Below, one piece after another: positions 20,215-30,228 of a stretch of 64,000 bases of DNA; position 1 is the first letter of the stretch, and the number at the start of each line of letters is the position of its first letter. Position numbers and translations under genes: made by a program. Source of the stretch: a virus. The stretch lies in the IMG/VR virus record IMGVR_UViG_3300037119_005106, positions 16,500-80,499 of that record, one strand, 5' to 3'. Under the pieces are notes generated by a model. It did no database searches and was not told where the DNA came from. It saw nothing but the letters and a program-made list of their open reading frames with translations.

Positions 20215-22470
20215 TTATTTTGATGTTTCAGACCTTTTCTGCTCAGCCAATAGCAAATCTTTTTCTATATCAGCTAGTTTGACTTTTTCAGAAGAAGCAT
20301 TTTTATTCATTTCACGTACCGCCTGGCCATTAGTTTGAATAGTAGCAACATCAATATTGTTTTTGAATTCTTCACGTTTCAAGTCAGCTTTATCACTCTC
20401 AATTTTGGCAGTAGCTTCTTGTGCTGATTTTTGAGCATCAGCAGCAGCTTGAGCTTCTTGTGCTTTTAATTTTTCCAAAGCTTTTACCGCACGCTTGAAT
20501 ATTGCTTCACTCTCACCAGCAGTATCAGCATTTAATGTTTCAATCAATGACAATATTAAATCCGGAGTAGCCGCATTTGATAAAGCTTGAGTAGCAGCTT
20601 GGTCGATAACTGATTTTTTCTTTTGCTCAGCAAAGTTATCAGCGATATACACACCAACATCCTCTTGGAAGTATTCCGGATATACTTTGAAAAATGAAGT
20701 TTTTAAATCTCCAAAAATATATTGGGTAACTTCTCCTTCTTCGTAAACATGCTTTCCTTTCATCAATACCTTATCCAAAAGGTATTTTATAAACGATTCA
20801 AAAGGTTTTACATAAATCTCTGTTCTCGCTGTCGATTGGCTTACAGCACGCTCTGTTCCTGTAGCACTTTCATACTGGTCAATATTACCTTCACGCTGTG
20901 GAGATAAACCTAAAAACTTACCCGCCAATTCTTCAATAAGTCCAAGCATATTGAATATGTCTTGCATCAATCCTTTGGTAGATAAATCTAATGATGTAAA
21001 CTGATTGAAATTATAACGGGATTGTTTATCGGCTGAATTAATAATCAAGAACTGATCCTTTTTGGCGTGATGCATTACTCTATTAATTGCATTACTATAT
21101 CCACCTGATTTCAAGAACTGCTTCGGAACTTGTGCAGCATCATATACCAACACTCGGCCATTATTTCTACGCATGGCTAAACGTAGTTCAAAAAGACACT
21201 CCGAAGCAAAGTCTTGTAACTGTAATAATTTATATGCTGCAGAGCGCATTTGCATATTACTTAAATTATTGTTTCTTCTGATTGCTGCAACAAAGATAGA
21301 ATCTTCTTTAGGATTATCAATACGGGAAGCTCTTTCATTATCTACTCCCCATTCCAAAACTAGATTAGGACCACACATTAGACAATGGCGTTTTTCTTGA
21401 ACCCATATAGATTTTACATCATCCCCTTTTCTAGCCTTATAGCCATCTGGAATACTTTTGTATATTTCTTTTCCGGTTTTCTTATTGATAGAAACTTTTA
21501 CAGATACTCTTTTTTGAGATATCCATACCATTTCAACACAACGAATACGAAGATTGTTTTTATCTCCCTGAATCCAATTGGAGTAATTGGTATCTAAACC
21601 ACCCATTCCCATACCACCAAGATAATCTTCATCCATCATAGAAGAACCGATAGGATTTACTTGCATATAGCTTTGAAGCGTTTGAGTTTCTTCATCGGTA
21701 AGTTCGTATGTATTGATTATCTCATTGTAACCAAGAACTTTGTTGAAGATAAGATATTGTGGATTGTCTTGTATTTCAGAATCCGGATTAAAATCCATTT
21801 CCGTTTCAAAAATATTCAGTTTTCTAATATTCGGACTTCCATCCTTTTCATCAATATAACCAATACACTCATCATACAAAAGGAAGTCAAGGTATAAGTC
21901 TTTGATTTTGTCAATATTCTTTTTACTGATAAGAACTTGATTTAGTATGGTATCAGAAACCTGCTCTGAAATTGTTTTGTAACCTTGCTCAAAGAATTCT
22001 TCGATATTTGGTGGAAGTTCTTTATCTGGAGAAGCAGTTTCGGGAGTAAACCCTAATTGTGGTTCCAATTGCTTATTGACTTCACGAAGTAGTTCTTCGG
22101 AAACCATATCAAACAATTCATTTAACTTAGCTGTCTGAGCCTTTTTATTTATAACATAGGTTTTGCGCTTAATACCACGAGTCATAAACTCACCCACCAT
22201 TTGCTCCAACTTACTTTCTACAAGAGGATAGTCAATCCATTCCATTCCCAAACTCATAGCGTATGGATGTGTGACTGGCATGGTATTTCTATTATGCTCT
22301 TCACTTTGCTGACAGCTATAAGCTCTCCAACATTTTAACTGCATAGCCTTTCTTTCGGAAAGAGTTCTAGAAGAATCAAAATTTACAAAATTCACAACAT
22401 GTGCTTTGTGCCACTCCTTGTCTTTCTCTTTTTCTGAAATCTTCTGATTGGTAAGAATGTATGAGTTCAT
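20215..22470 (-). CDS. Portal protein
   Basis: 751 aa; YPLVESKLEQMVGE, FNQFTSLDLS and GLSPQREG crAss-portal motifs; follows TerL. Confidence 0.88.
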   Translation of the reverse strand: MNSYILTNQKISEKEKDKEWHKAHVVNFVNFDSSRTLSERKAMQLKCWRAYSCQQSEEHNRNTMPVTHPYAMSLGMEWIDYPLVESKLEQMVGEFMTRGIKRKTYVINKKAQTAKLNELFDMVSEELLREVNKQLEPQLGFTPETASPDKELPPNIEEFFEQGYKTISEQVSDTILNQVLISKKNIDKIKDLYLDFLLYDECIGYIDEKDGSPNIRKLNIFETEMDFNPDSEIQDNPQYLIFNKVLGYNEIINTYELTDEETQTLQSYMQVNPIGSSMMDEDYLGGMGMGGLDTNYSNWIQGDKNNLRIRCVEMVWISQKRVSVKVSINKKTGKEIYKSIPDGYKARKGDDVKSIWVQEKRHCLMCGPNLVLEWGVDNERASRIDNPKEDSIFVAAIRRNNNLSNMQMRSAAYKLLQLQDFASECLFELRLAMRRNNGRVLVYDAAQVPKQFLKSGGYSNAINRVMHHAKKDQFLIINSADKQSRYNFNQFTSLDLSTKGLMQDIFNMLGLIEELAGKFLGLSPQREGNIDQYESATGTERAVSQSTARTEIYVKPFESFIKYLLDKVLMKGKHVYEEGEVTQYIFGDLKTSFFKVYPEYFQEDVGVYIADNFAEQKKKSVIDQAATQALSNAATPDLILSLIETLNADTAGESEAIFKRAVKALEKLKAQEAQAAADAQKSAQEATAKIESDKADLKREEFKNNIDVATIQTNGQAVREMNKNASSEKVKLADIEKDLLLAEQKRSETSK

Positions 22471-22503
22471 TGGATATTATTTTTATGTAAAATTATTACT
22501 TTT

Positions 22504-24681
22504 TTACGAGTGTTCAATATTTTTTAAAATTTCTTGTTGGATTAAATCCTCAAAGGATGTTTTTCGCTTGCCTTCATACTCTTTTTTAAGGGATTCAAGA
22601 TTCTTTTTATCCTCAGCACGCTTACGTGTAATCTCTCGTCGGTCATAATCAGTAAGATGGATATCGGGATTAAATGTTTCCAACATATCTAAGTCTTGAC
22701 CACTATATGTTTTTACAAGAACGTTTCCTTTCTTATCCACATCATAATAAGCCATTGCATCAAATATGTTTTGACCATCATCATAATCATCATCATCTTC
22801 CTCTACTGTCATTTCAAACATTTCCAGTTTGTAAAGTAGAACGATCATGTAAGCCATAGCGATATCTGTATTGGTATCTCCAAAATCGATAAGGTCAAGC
22901 AATATATTTTTGAACCAAATATTTTCAGAATTATTCTTAACCTCGGCTTTAAGTAATTTGGTACCCAATACTTTTACATCGGTAGTCATACGTTGACCAA
23001 ATTCATTCTTGGCTTTGGTAGGACCTAAATCTTTTCTTAAATCAGGACGTATTTTCAAATACTTCTCAGCGCCTACATCCTTGAAGTAACTTTCGATAGC
23101 AATTTTAGAATATTCAAAAAGCAATTCATAATTGTAATAGATAGCCAACTTCACATTATTCTCATAAAACGTATCATCATTACTTGAATCGCCACGTTCT
23201 GCCAATACCGCTATTGGTAGATTGAATTCTCTTGATGGTCCAGCATAGGTTCTAAAAACAACTGTAGAACCATCGGAAGCCGTTTTGGAATCTTCCTCTA
23301 CTTCCTCATCATAACTATCACAACCAGCGATATCAGGTTTGTGGTCCATATCATCATGATTAATAGGATCCGCTATTTTCTGAATAACTCCATTCTCATC
23401 ATCGAACCAACGAAGCTTGGATTTGTTTTTAATACGGAGTTTTGTTTTCTCCTTGGTATCTTTACATTTCTGCAAAGATTTTATAGTACGTTCATCATCT
23501 ACCCATTCTAGGCGACCTCTCCTAACATCATAAGGACAAAGCCCTTCTTCTATTACCATCAACTGATTGTTCAGTTTAACGCGGTCAAGAATACCCCCTT
23601 TGGTTTTAATGAAAATCTCAGATTCTTTAATTGGATAAGACTGTATGTGTTTGGTAATACCATCTTTGGATTTGGAAGCAATTTTACGTTGGTCAATAAT
23701 ATGCTTTAACGCTGCTTCTTGGTTTGTTCTACCGGTTCTAATATCAAAGAACGATGGCTGTTGAACACCTGTTTTGGCATCAGTTTCTCCATCCCCTGGA
23801 TAATATTCATAAGCCGGAATAAATACTTTTTCAAGATTGTAGGCTTTGTGGTTCTCCCACATTTCCATATAACCTTTTGAACCTTTTTCAATCTGTCCAC
23901 CGGTACCATAAATCAATGGAGTTCCAAATTGTATCGCTCCATCTTTAAAACAAGGTTCTGTTGATTTATAGGAAGCAATTAGATTACCAAATAAACCCGC
24001 TTCCTCAAAAATAACCAAAGACATAGAAGCACCCTCGAATCCAGCACTATCAACAAACATGGTTCGGATAAGCATTTCAGATTCTAAACCACATTCAATA
24101 GATTGCTTATTTACGATATCGCTATATCCTAGTTTCAGCAATTTATCATTTTTCAATAATCTGGCAGAAGCATACTCAGGTCTTATGTTTTTAAGCAAGG
24201 ACATTACTTTGTCTACAAAACCATCAACCTTGTCTTGCTTACCAGCACATACACCAATACGGTTACGCAAGTGCATGATGAGTTCATATTCAGCCTGACA
24301 AGCTCCAAACTCTGATAAACCAACCCTACGAGGTTTACCAACAATTAAACCATAACGATGTTTCTTGGCATCATAGGTAATTTTAAATAATCTATTATCA
24401 AGTTCCCGATAGTACGGTGAATGGAGTTTCTTTCTTGAAGCACCTTGTGGAAGCATTTCAATTTGATTCATATTTAAATGAAAGTAATGCTCTCCAGTAA
24501 TATCGTTCATTCCTCTTGGCTTGAAACCAAAAAGACATCGATCATCTTGTTCATCCCAAAAATCATCATAAGCTAAAGTTCCTGGTCTAAGTGAATGGGA
24601 ATACTTTATGACTTTTTCATCATAAACAAGCGGACTAAAACGCTGAGCATTGTAGGTGTGATCAAGAATTGTAACAGCCAT
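22504..24681 (-). CDS. terL: Terminase large subunit
   Basis: ITGEHYFHLN, Walker A KPRRVGLS, Walker B VIFEEAG, GTGG motif and nuclease AGCDSYD. Confidence 0.92.
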   Translation of the reverse strand: MAVTILDHTYNAQRFSPLVYDEKVIKYSHSLRPGTLAYDDFWDEQDDRCLFGFKPRGMNDITGEHYFHLNMNQIEMLPQGASRKKLHSPYYRELDNRLFKITYDAKKHRYGLIVGKPRRVGLSEFGACQAEYELIMHLRNRIGVCAGKQDKVDGFVDKVMSLLKNIRPEYASARLLKNDKLLKLGYSDIVNKQSIECGLESEMLIRTMFVDSAGFEGASMSLVIFEEAGLFGNLIASYKSTEPCFKDGAIQFGTPLIYGTGGQIEKGSKGYMEMWENHKAYNLEKVFIPAYEYYPGDGETDAKTGVQQPSFFDIRTGRTNQEAALKHIIDQRKIASKSKDGITKHIQSYPIKESEIFIKTKGGILDRVKLNNQLMVIEEGLCPYDVRRGRLEWVDDERTIKSLQKCKDTKEKTKLRIKNKSKLRWFDDENGVIQKIADPINHDDMDHKPDIAGCDSYDEEVEEDSKTASDGSTVVFRTYAGPSREFNLPIAVLAERGDSSNDDTFYENNVKLAIYYNYELLFEYSKIAIESYFKDVGAEKYLKIRPDLRKDLGPTKAKNEFGQRMTTDVKVLGTKLLKAEVKNNSENIWFKNILLDLIDFGDTNTDIAMAYMIVLLYKLEMFEMTVEEDDDDYDDGQNIFDAMAYYDVDKKGNVLVKTYSGQDLDMLETFNPDIHLTDYDRREITRKRAEDKKNLESLKKEYEGKRKTSFEDLIQQEILKNIEHS

Positions 24682-24698
24682 AGATTGTAATTTAAAAT

Positions 24699-24734
24699 AG
24701 AAACAGCTTTCGCAAATAAATGGAAAGCTGTTTC
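24699..24734. terminator. Hairpin upstream of terL
   Basis: GAAACAGCTTTC...GAAAGCTGTTTC inverted repeat. Confidence 0.5.
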
Positions 24735-24778
24735 AGAACAAATAAAAAAGAAGGACTTTTCAGAATGTAAATACAGAA

Positions 24779-25210
24779 CTATTCCTCTATTTTATTCAGT
24801 TTCTCAAGCTTGTCCGATAACGCATCACGTTGAGCAATTGCTTCGATAAGTTGCGTTCTTAAACTTTTAATTGTTTCTTGATTTGCTTTTAGAACCGTTT
24901 TGAAATGGTCTTTCTCAACCGCAGTAGCAGGTTTAGCAAATACATGTTCTTCTTCTTCCGGAACTTCTTCCTCTGATGCTGGAATTTCCTCATCAGGAAC
25001 TTCTGAACTTGGCGCTCCTTCTTCTGGAACAACAGTATCAGGAAATTTTTTCTCAAAAACTTTGTCCACATCTTCTGAAGAAGCTTCAGGAGGTAATGGC
25101 GTTTTTAATAATTCTAAATCTGTTTCAGCTTTCGGTGCTTCCGGAATCTGACTCTCTTGCTTTGGCAAGTTCTCGTTCTCTTGCTTCGGCTTCTCTTTTT
25201 TGTCGTTCAT
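24779..25210 (-). CDS. Acidic low-complexity protein with C-terminal coiled coil
   Basis: E/P-rich; overlaps the upstream gene by 86 nt. Confidence 0.55.
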   Translation of the reverse strand: MNDKKEKPKQENENLPKQESQIPEAPKAETDLELLKTPLPPEASSEDVDKVFEKKFPDTVVPEEGAPSSEVPDEEIPASEEEVPEEEEHVFAKPATAVEKDHFKTVLKANQETIKSLRTQLIEAIAQRDALSDKLEKLNKIEE

Positions 25211-25751
25211 AATAGAATGATTTTTTGTCTAGAATTTTTACTTCCAAACGGGTTAATTTATATCCATTTCTAACAGGACTCTCAGCAAACTTTTCCTTAT
25301 TCCCATTCTTTTTATCAAAAGCATCATGAAGATCGTTGATATTGGAAAGTTCTTTTAGCAAAGAAGTTTTCTGAAAGGTTGTTTCGGCATTCTTAATTTC
25401 ATTCAGCTTATTAATTCTAAGCTGCTCCATCAATCCCTTTTCTTCCAAAGATGGATTGTATTGAAGTTCTTTATAATTGATACAAGCAAGCTGTATTTCA
25501 TCACAATTCCAATTCAAAGCCTTTCTATTGTTAAAAACAATATTCATTGCTTTCAATGGTTTTTCCTTCTCGCTGTAGTTGTTAATTATAGAACCATAAT
25601 CAATCACTAAAGCTACACAAGTTAAGGCTTGAATACCATACCCTTCTTTGTTTACCAAATCCCTAAAAGATTCAATAGCCATCCAATTGTCTAATTCATC
25701 ATCATCTTTTATCAGTCCAGTAATCGGATTTAATTGCAATAGATACATCAA
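25125..25751 (-). CDS. Conserved protein upstream of terL (possible small terminase)
   Basis: Helical 208-aa protein; function inferred from position only. Confidence 0.4.
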   Translation of the reverse strand: MMYLLQLNPITGLIKDDDELDNWMAIESFRDLVNKEGYGIQALTCVALVIDYGSIINNYSEKEKPLKAMNIVFNNRKALNWNCDEIQLACINYKELQYNPSLEEKGLMEQLRINKLNEIKNAETTFQKTSLLKELSNINDLHDAFDKKNGNKEKFAESPVRNGYKLTRLEVKILDKKSFYYERQKREAEARERELAKARESDSGSTES

Positions 25752-25759
25752 AAGTATGT

Positions 25760-26128
25760 TTAATTTTTAATAAATACACTATATTTTTTCAAACCATATT
25801 CATTAATCAGATTGAAATATTGTCTTTTCTCTACAAAAATATCAAATCTTTCCATTACTGCTTTAAAAATATCTTTTTTTAATACTTCTGGAAATACCTT
25901 AGAAAACAATTCATTAAGATATCCAACCTTGTATTCTGATTTTTCTTTATTCAAAGTGATGTGTTCTGGAATATAAACTTTAGGATATTTTAAAAAAAGG
26001 ACATCCCTTAACGAAGCGGTTTCTTGCTCCGTTAAAAGGGATGGATCTTTTATATATTTTCCATTAAGTATTATCATCACTTGCGATTGACAAATTAGAA
26101 ACATTTTCTTCCGAAATACGCTTGGCAT
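25760..26128 (-). CDS. Hypothetical protein
   Basis: In-operon ORF; true start probably downstream of 26128. Confidence 0.45.
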   Translation of the reverse strand: MPSVFRKKMFLICQSQVMIILNGKYIKDPSLLTEQETASLRDVLFLKYPKVYIPEHITLNKEKSEYKVGYLNELFSKVFPEVLKKDIFKAVMERFDIFVEKRQYFNLINEYGLKKYSVFIKN

Positions 26129-26474
26129 CCTCGGCTAACTTTTTGTTCTCAGCTTCAGCTGCATTATTCTTAGCAGAGATAAAAGCATCAAACTCCTTGA
26201 TGATGGATTGGCTACGACGAACACCGAACTTCATTCCCAAGTCCTTTTTAATTCTCATATCCAATTCCTTTTGCACTTCTGCATAAATCTCATCAGCTTC
26301 CGTTCTAGCATCAATTGATTTGTAAACAATTTTCTCTATTTCTTCTTTGGTACAAAAACCGCCAGAAACAGCTCTTTCCGCTTCGCCTTGGATTTCAATA
26401 TTAGTAGTGATGATATTCTCCAAGATGGTAGAATAGTTCAATAAATCTGAGGTAGTTAACTTTTCTAAGTTCAT
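26064..26474 (-). CDS. Hypothetical helical protein
   Basis: In-operon ORF after GroEL. Confidence 0.55.
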   Translation of the reverse strand: MNLEKLTTSDLLNYSTILENIITTNIEIQGEAERAVSGGFCTKEEIEKIVYKSIDARTEADEIYAEVQKELDMRIKKDLGMKFGVRRSQSIIKEFDAFISAKNNAAEAENKKLAEDAKRISEENVSNLSIASDDNT

Positions 26475-26478
26475 AATT

Positions 26479-28026
26479 TTATTGGTTGTGTGTTTCCACG
26501 ATTAGACATTCGGTTGACAGAACAGTAAGAGCAATACTTACCGCATTAGTAAGTCCATTGATAGAAACACTTATTGGATCCACAATACCTGATTCATAAA
26601 GATTCTCAAACTTTCTTGTTTTGGCATTATATCCTTTTTCGAAAGAAATAGCATTTCCAATTTTAAGTATTTCATCATCATTATGAAATGAGTTCTTTAA
26701 AATTTCAGCAAAAGGTCGACAAATAGATGAATAAAAAATAGTTTGAAAAGGATCAGGATTTCTTATATCTTTTGAAAGCAATACCAAACTCTGACCACCA
26801 CCTATAATCACATTGTCTTTCAATGCAGCTTTACAAGCTTTATAAGCATCTTCCACACGATGCTTCTTTTCCTTGATTTCAATATCACTAGCACCACCAA
26901 CATAGAAAGTAGTAATACCATTTTTCATCTTGTCAATACGCTTGAGCATCGATGTAGAATGATAAGCTGATTTTTCTTCTTTAGAAGCCATTTCCAATAA
27001 GAACAGATATTCATCCAATAACTCTTTTCGAGTTCCTTCAACTTCTCCAAAAACGGTATAACCTTGTTTTACGACAACATTATTGGCTTCTCCAAACTCA
27101 CTATCATATTCATTGAAATTCTGAATAATATCAGCTCCAGTGTATTGAGATAGGTCATTCATGTAATTCATGTACTCATCATTTCTGAATTGGTTTTTAA
27201 TCAAACAGATTTTAATTCCTATACGGTCCATATTGTTGAATTCAACAATACTTTCCACGTCCTTTGAGAAATCTTTGGCAAAAATGATTATAGGCAATGG
27301 ATTTACTTTTGAACCAGTGTCTATCAATCGAATGATTTCTTTTTTATCGGTAAACTCATTGTCATACAAAATAACTTTACATTTATCCGCTTCAAAGTAT
27401 CCTGTTATCGGATTGTTGGCATACTTTCTGTCACAATACCCCATTTCAACAACATATCCTTTGATGATATCCACATAACTTTTACCAGTCATGGTTTCAA
27501 GGATATTGATATAGCCATCTTCTTTGGCGTTGTTAAAAGCTTTTTGGAATAGGTTAGCAATTTCCAAATCATTGTTAGCTGAAGTAAGCGCTACTTTACC
27601 AATTTCTGCTAAAGGAATTTTTACCGAATTCTTTCTAATAGCATTAACGATATATTGCAATTCAGCATTAATAGTTTCTCTGAAAAGATGTTCATTAAAT
27701 CCTGATTTAGAACGAGCTTCCATTCCTAATGCAATTAAGGTGCGACACACAACTGTAGCGCTTGTGGTACCATCACCCGAATCCTCATCGGTTTTACTAG
27801 CCACCTTTTTTACCATCTGAATACCTACGTTAATCACTGGATCGGGATGATTCATTTCCATAGCAACAGTAACACCATCTTTTGTAGCAAAAGGATCTTC
27901 TCCGGCATTCGCTATAATTACAGTTTTACCACTTGGACCAAGTGTGCTTTTAACAGCGTTGTAAAGAAGGTCTACCCCTTCCATCAACTTGTCCTGACTA
28001 TCGTTTAAGTATATCCTTTTTGACAT
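26479..28026 (-). CDS. groEL: Phage chaperonin GroEL-like
   Basis: AVKSTLGPSG, TKDGVTVA, GDGTTSATV, IKEKKHRVEDA and GIVDP motifs; no GGM tail. Confidence 0.95.
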   Translation of the reverse strand: MSKRIYLNDSQDKLMEGVDLLYNAVKSTLGPSGKTVIIANAGEDPFATKDGVTVAMEMNHPDPVINVGIQMVKKVASKTDEDSGDGTTSATVVCRTLIALGMEARSKSGFNEHLFRETINAELQYIVNAIRKNSVKIPLAEIGKVALTSANNDLEIANLFQKAFNNAKEDGYINILETMTGKSYVDIIKGYVVEMGYCDRKYANNPITGYFEADKCKVILYDNEFTDKKEIIRLIDTGSKVNPLPIIIFAKDFSKDVESIVEFNNMDRIGIKICLIKNQFRNDEYMNYMNDLSQYTGADIIQNFNEYDSEFGEANNVVVKQGYTVFGEVEGTRKELLDEYLFLLEMASKEEKSAYHSTSMLKRIDKMKNGITTFYVGGASDIEIKEKKHRVEDAYKACKAALKDNVIIGGGQSLVLLSKDIRNPDPFQTIFYSSICRPFAEILKNSFHNDDEILKIGNAISFEKGYNAKTRKFENLYESGIVDPISVSINGLTNAVSIALTVLSTECLIVETHNQ

Positions 28027-28450
28027 GTTCTGCTTTTAAATGACACTGAATTTCTGCAGTGTTGATTATACAATACGTTTCTCCTTCAAAGCTTTGTTCA
28101 TTGTAGAAACGGTGATTGAACTTTACCAAATCTCCTTTGGCGTATTTCTCATTCCCATTCACTACTTCAAAGAATATGTCCGAAGTATCCTGTGGATCCC
28201 TTTTTTTACTGGTTTCATATTTGACCTTTCTTGTCAAAATATTGCCATTGTCCATTTCCAACAATTCTGCTAGATTCATAATTTTCTTGTCTTTATTTAT
28301 TTCTTTTTTTTTCACTAATCCCATAACTACAATCGAAATGAACATAGTTGCAATTAGGCAACCATAAAAAAAGTCCAAAGGAGTGGTTCTCCTTATCGGA
28401 CTTTCTTTAATAGTTTCTTCAACAATTTCTGGATTGAATAATCTAGCCAT
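27998..28450 (-). CDS. GroES-like co-chaperonin domain preceded by a TM segment (alternative start 28279)
   Basis: C-terminal KGDLVKF...SFEGETYCIINTAEIQC resembles GroES; adjacent to groEL. Confidence 0.55.
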   Translation of the reverse strand: MARLFNPEIVEETIKESPIRRTTPLDFFYGCLIATMFISIVVMGLVKKKEINKDKKIMNLAELLEMDNGNILTRKVKYETSKKRDPQDTSDIFFEVVNGNEKYAKGDLVKFNHRFYNEQSFEGETYCIINTAEIQCHLKAEHVKKDILKR

Positions 28451-28695
28451 TAAACTACTTGTTTAAAATTTTTTCCAGTCTTGAATTTATTGAACCAATC
28501 TTTGAGAACTACTCCTGGAGCAAAAGCTTCATTAAATTCTTTTGCAGTAACCGGCCAATAATCATAAGAAGCACCTCTTTGAAATTCTACACGAACAACA
28601 GAACTTGGTTTGCCATCAATAGTTTTGTTATGCCATCCAATAGATTTTAGATTGGAACTTTGAACTTCGTGCTGAATATTTATCTCTTTTGCCAT
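28450..28695 (-). CDS. KTSC-domain protein
   Basis: VQSSNLKSIGW...VEFQRGASYDYWPV is a KTSC signature; likely start MAKEIN at 28695. Confidence 0.8.
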   Translation of the reverse strand: MAKEINIQHEVQSSNLKSIGWHNKTIDGKPSSVVRVEFQRGASYDYWPVTAKEFNEAFAPGVVLKDWFNKFKTGKNFKQVV

Positions 28696-28697
28696 GA

Positions 28698-29159
28698 CTA
28701 ATCTTTTTGAGTTGATACCCCTTTGAACTCCGCAATACGATTGGACAAAACAGAGAAGTATTGTCGCATCACCAACAACTGCATTTTCAATCGGCATCGT
28801 TCTGCAGGTGGAATATTTTCAAAAATTGGATTAGATTCTATAAAGTCATGCAACTTCACAATCTTATCATGCAATTCATTTGCTTCCCAAATAACTCTTT
28901 GCTCATGAGAGAATTCACTTCCAATATCAGCAAGAGTATCAACAGGTTTGATGTAGGCTTCCTCAAATTGCTTCTTAGGACTCCAAGAGATATAACCCGT
29001 ATGATTTACGTGATTTGAAGTATCTCCTTTGTATTCTACCAAATACCCCTCATCTGAACCATTCTCATCAGAAGGCAATTCCCAACCTCTATAAAGATTG
29101 TATTCTTCTCTGGTCATTGGCGTAGCTTCAATCTCTCTTGTTCCGATATACTTTTCCAT
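28698..29159 (-). CDS. Two-domain protein: YIGT...GYLVEY...SWSPK domain plus crAss001_48/T4 Y16Q-like helical hairpin (candidate signal sponge)
   Basis: KYIGTREIEATPMT...EGYLVEY...GYISWSPKKQFEEAY and QRVIWEANEL...KL..FI...F...Q...M..Y..VL..RI; likely start 29159. Confidence 0.65.
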   Translation of the reverse strand: MEKYIGTREIEATPMTREEYNLYRGWELPSDENGSDEGYLVEYKGDTSNHVNHTGYISWSPKKQFEEAYIKPVDTLADIGSEFSHEQRVIWEANELHDKIVKLHDFIESNPIFENIPPAERCRLKMQLLVMRQYFSVLSNRIAEFKGVSTQKD

Positions 29160-29176
29160 TTTTACAGTTTTAAGGA

Positions 29177-29389
29177 TTATACAAATAAAGCTTTTACAGC
29201 ATACATACATGATGTTTCTGCATCAGTTTGAGCGATAGAGATTTCTCTACCATTGCGCTCATTTCTACTCTCTTCCAGATTATCAATTAGCGTTGCATAA
29301 GCTTCCTTAATATTCTCCACTTGTGGATTTGCTGACGGATTGAAGTTTCTCTGAACTCTCTTTTGTCCTAACGTGATATTCTCAGCCAT
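29177..29389 (-). CDS. Acb2/Tad1-like helical-hairpin protein (candidate anti-CBASS/Thoeris sponge)
   Basis: 70 aa; FNPS...IK...GREISIAQTDAETSCMYAVKA matches the Acb2/Tad1 hairpin pattern. Confidence 0.65.
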   Translation of the reverse strand: MAENITLGQKRVQRNFNPSANPQVENIKEAYATLIDNLEESRNERNGREISIAQTDAETSCMYAVKALFV

Positions 29390-29436
29390 AATAGTTGCAG
29401 CACTTTACCTTGCCATCGGTTCCTTTAGTTTATTTG

Positions 29437-30228
29437 TTATAGTTTGTTCAAAAATTCAAATAATTGCTTGTTCCATCTTGCATCCTCAATAGCATTGTGT
29501 GATTTGGATGGATCTTGTTTTGGATAATCAGTCATTTTTTTAATATAGTCTAATACTTGACTTTGATTTTGCCAAACAGTGTGAGGTAAATATTTATCTG
29601 CTTTATCATCCAAAATCTGCTTCAAATCCTTGCAATACATCGGAAATCCTTTTGGTAAGTCCATCATTTTTCCAAACAACCAACAGAATACTACCCAGTC
29701 ATAATCGGCGTAGTAGGCGTAGAATTCAATTGGATGATTTTGCAAACTTCTTCCAGAATCTAATGTATTCCAAAAATGACAAAACTCTTTAACTTCTTCA
29801 GCAATTTGATTGTTGGTTTTTCCATAGCGAAAAAGCAATCTTTCAAATAATGAGAATCCTGATTCATGTCTTTCCATATCACCCATGAAATTACCAAGAT
29901 TACCATAAACTTCTTTTGATTTATTAGGATAATCCTTTTGATACAATTCCCAGAAGATAGGATACAACACATTCTCACGAAGCCAGTATTCTTTATATCC
30001 TTCTGGACGATGGTTTCTCATATCTCCAGAATACTGCTTCATATCATATCTATTCCAAGCTTCTTTCAAATTAAAGTCTTTGGAAATAGCATAGTATTCT
30101 CGACCATCCTCAGCCACTATACCAATCGATATCAAATCAATTGTCGGTTTGGTTTCTCCAATGGTAAACCCTAAAAAAGTTTTCTTTTGTGGCCCTTCAA
30201 GGAATTCTGTATCTATGAAATAACGCAT
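29437..30228 (-). CDS. DEDD 3'-5' exo(ribo)nuclease (Rv2179c-like)
   Basis: FIDTEF, DLISIGIVAEDGREYY, YYADYDWV and HNAIEDARW motifs. Confidence 0.85.
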   Translation of the reverse strand: MRYFIDTEFLEGPQKKTFLGFTIGETKPTIDLISIGIVAEDGREYYAISKDFNLKEAWNRYDMKQYSGDMRNHRPEGYKEYWLRENVLYPIFWELYQKDYPNKSKEVYGNLGNFMGDMERHESGFSLFERLLFRYGKTNNQIAEEVKEFCHFWNTLDSGRSLQNHPIEFYAYYADYDWVVFCWLFGKMMDLPKGFPMYCKDLKQILDDKADKYLPHTVWQNQSQVLDYIKKMTDYPKQDPSKSHNAIEDARWNKQLFEFLNKL

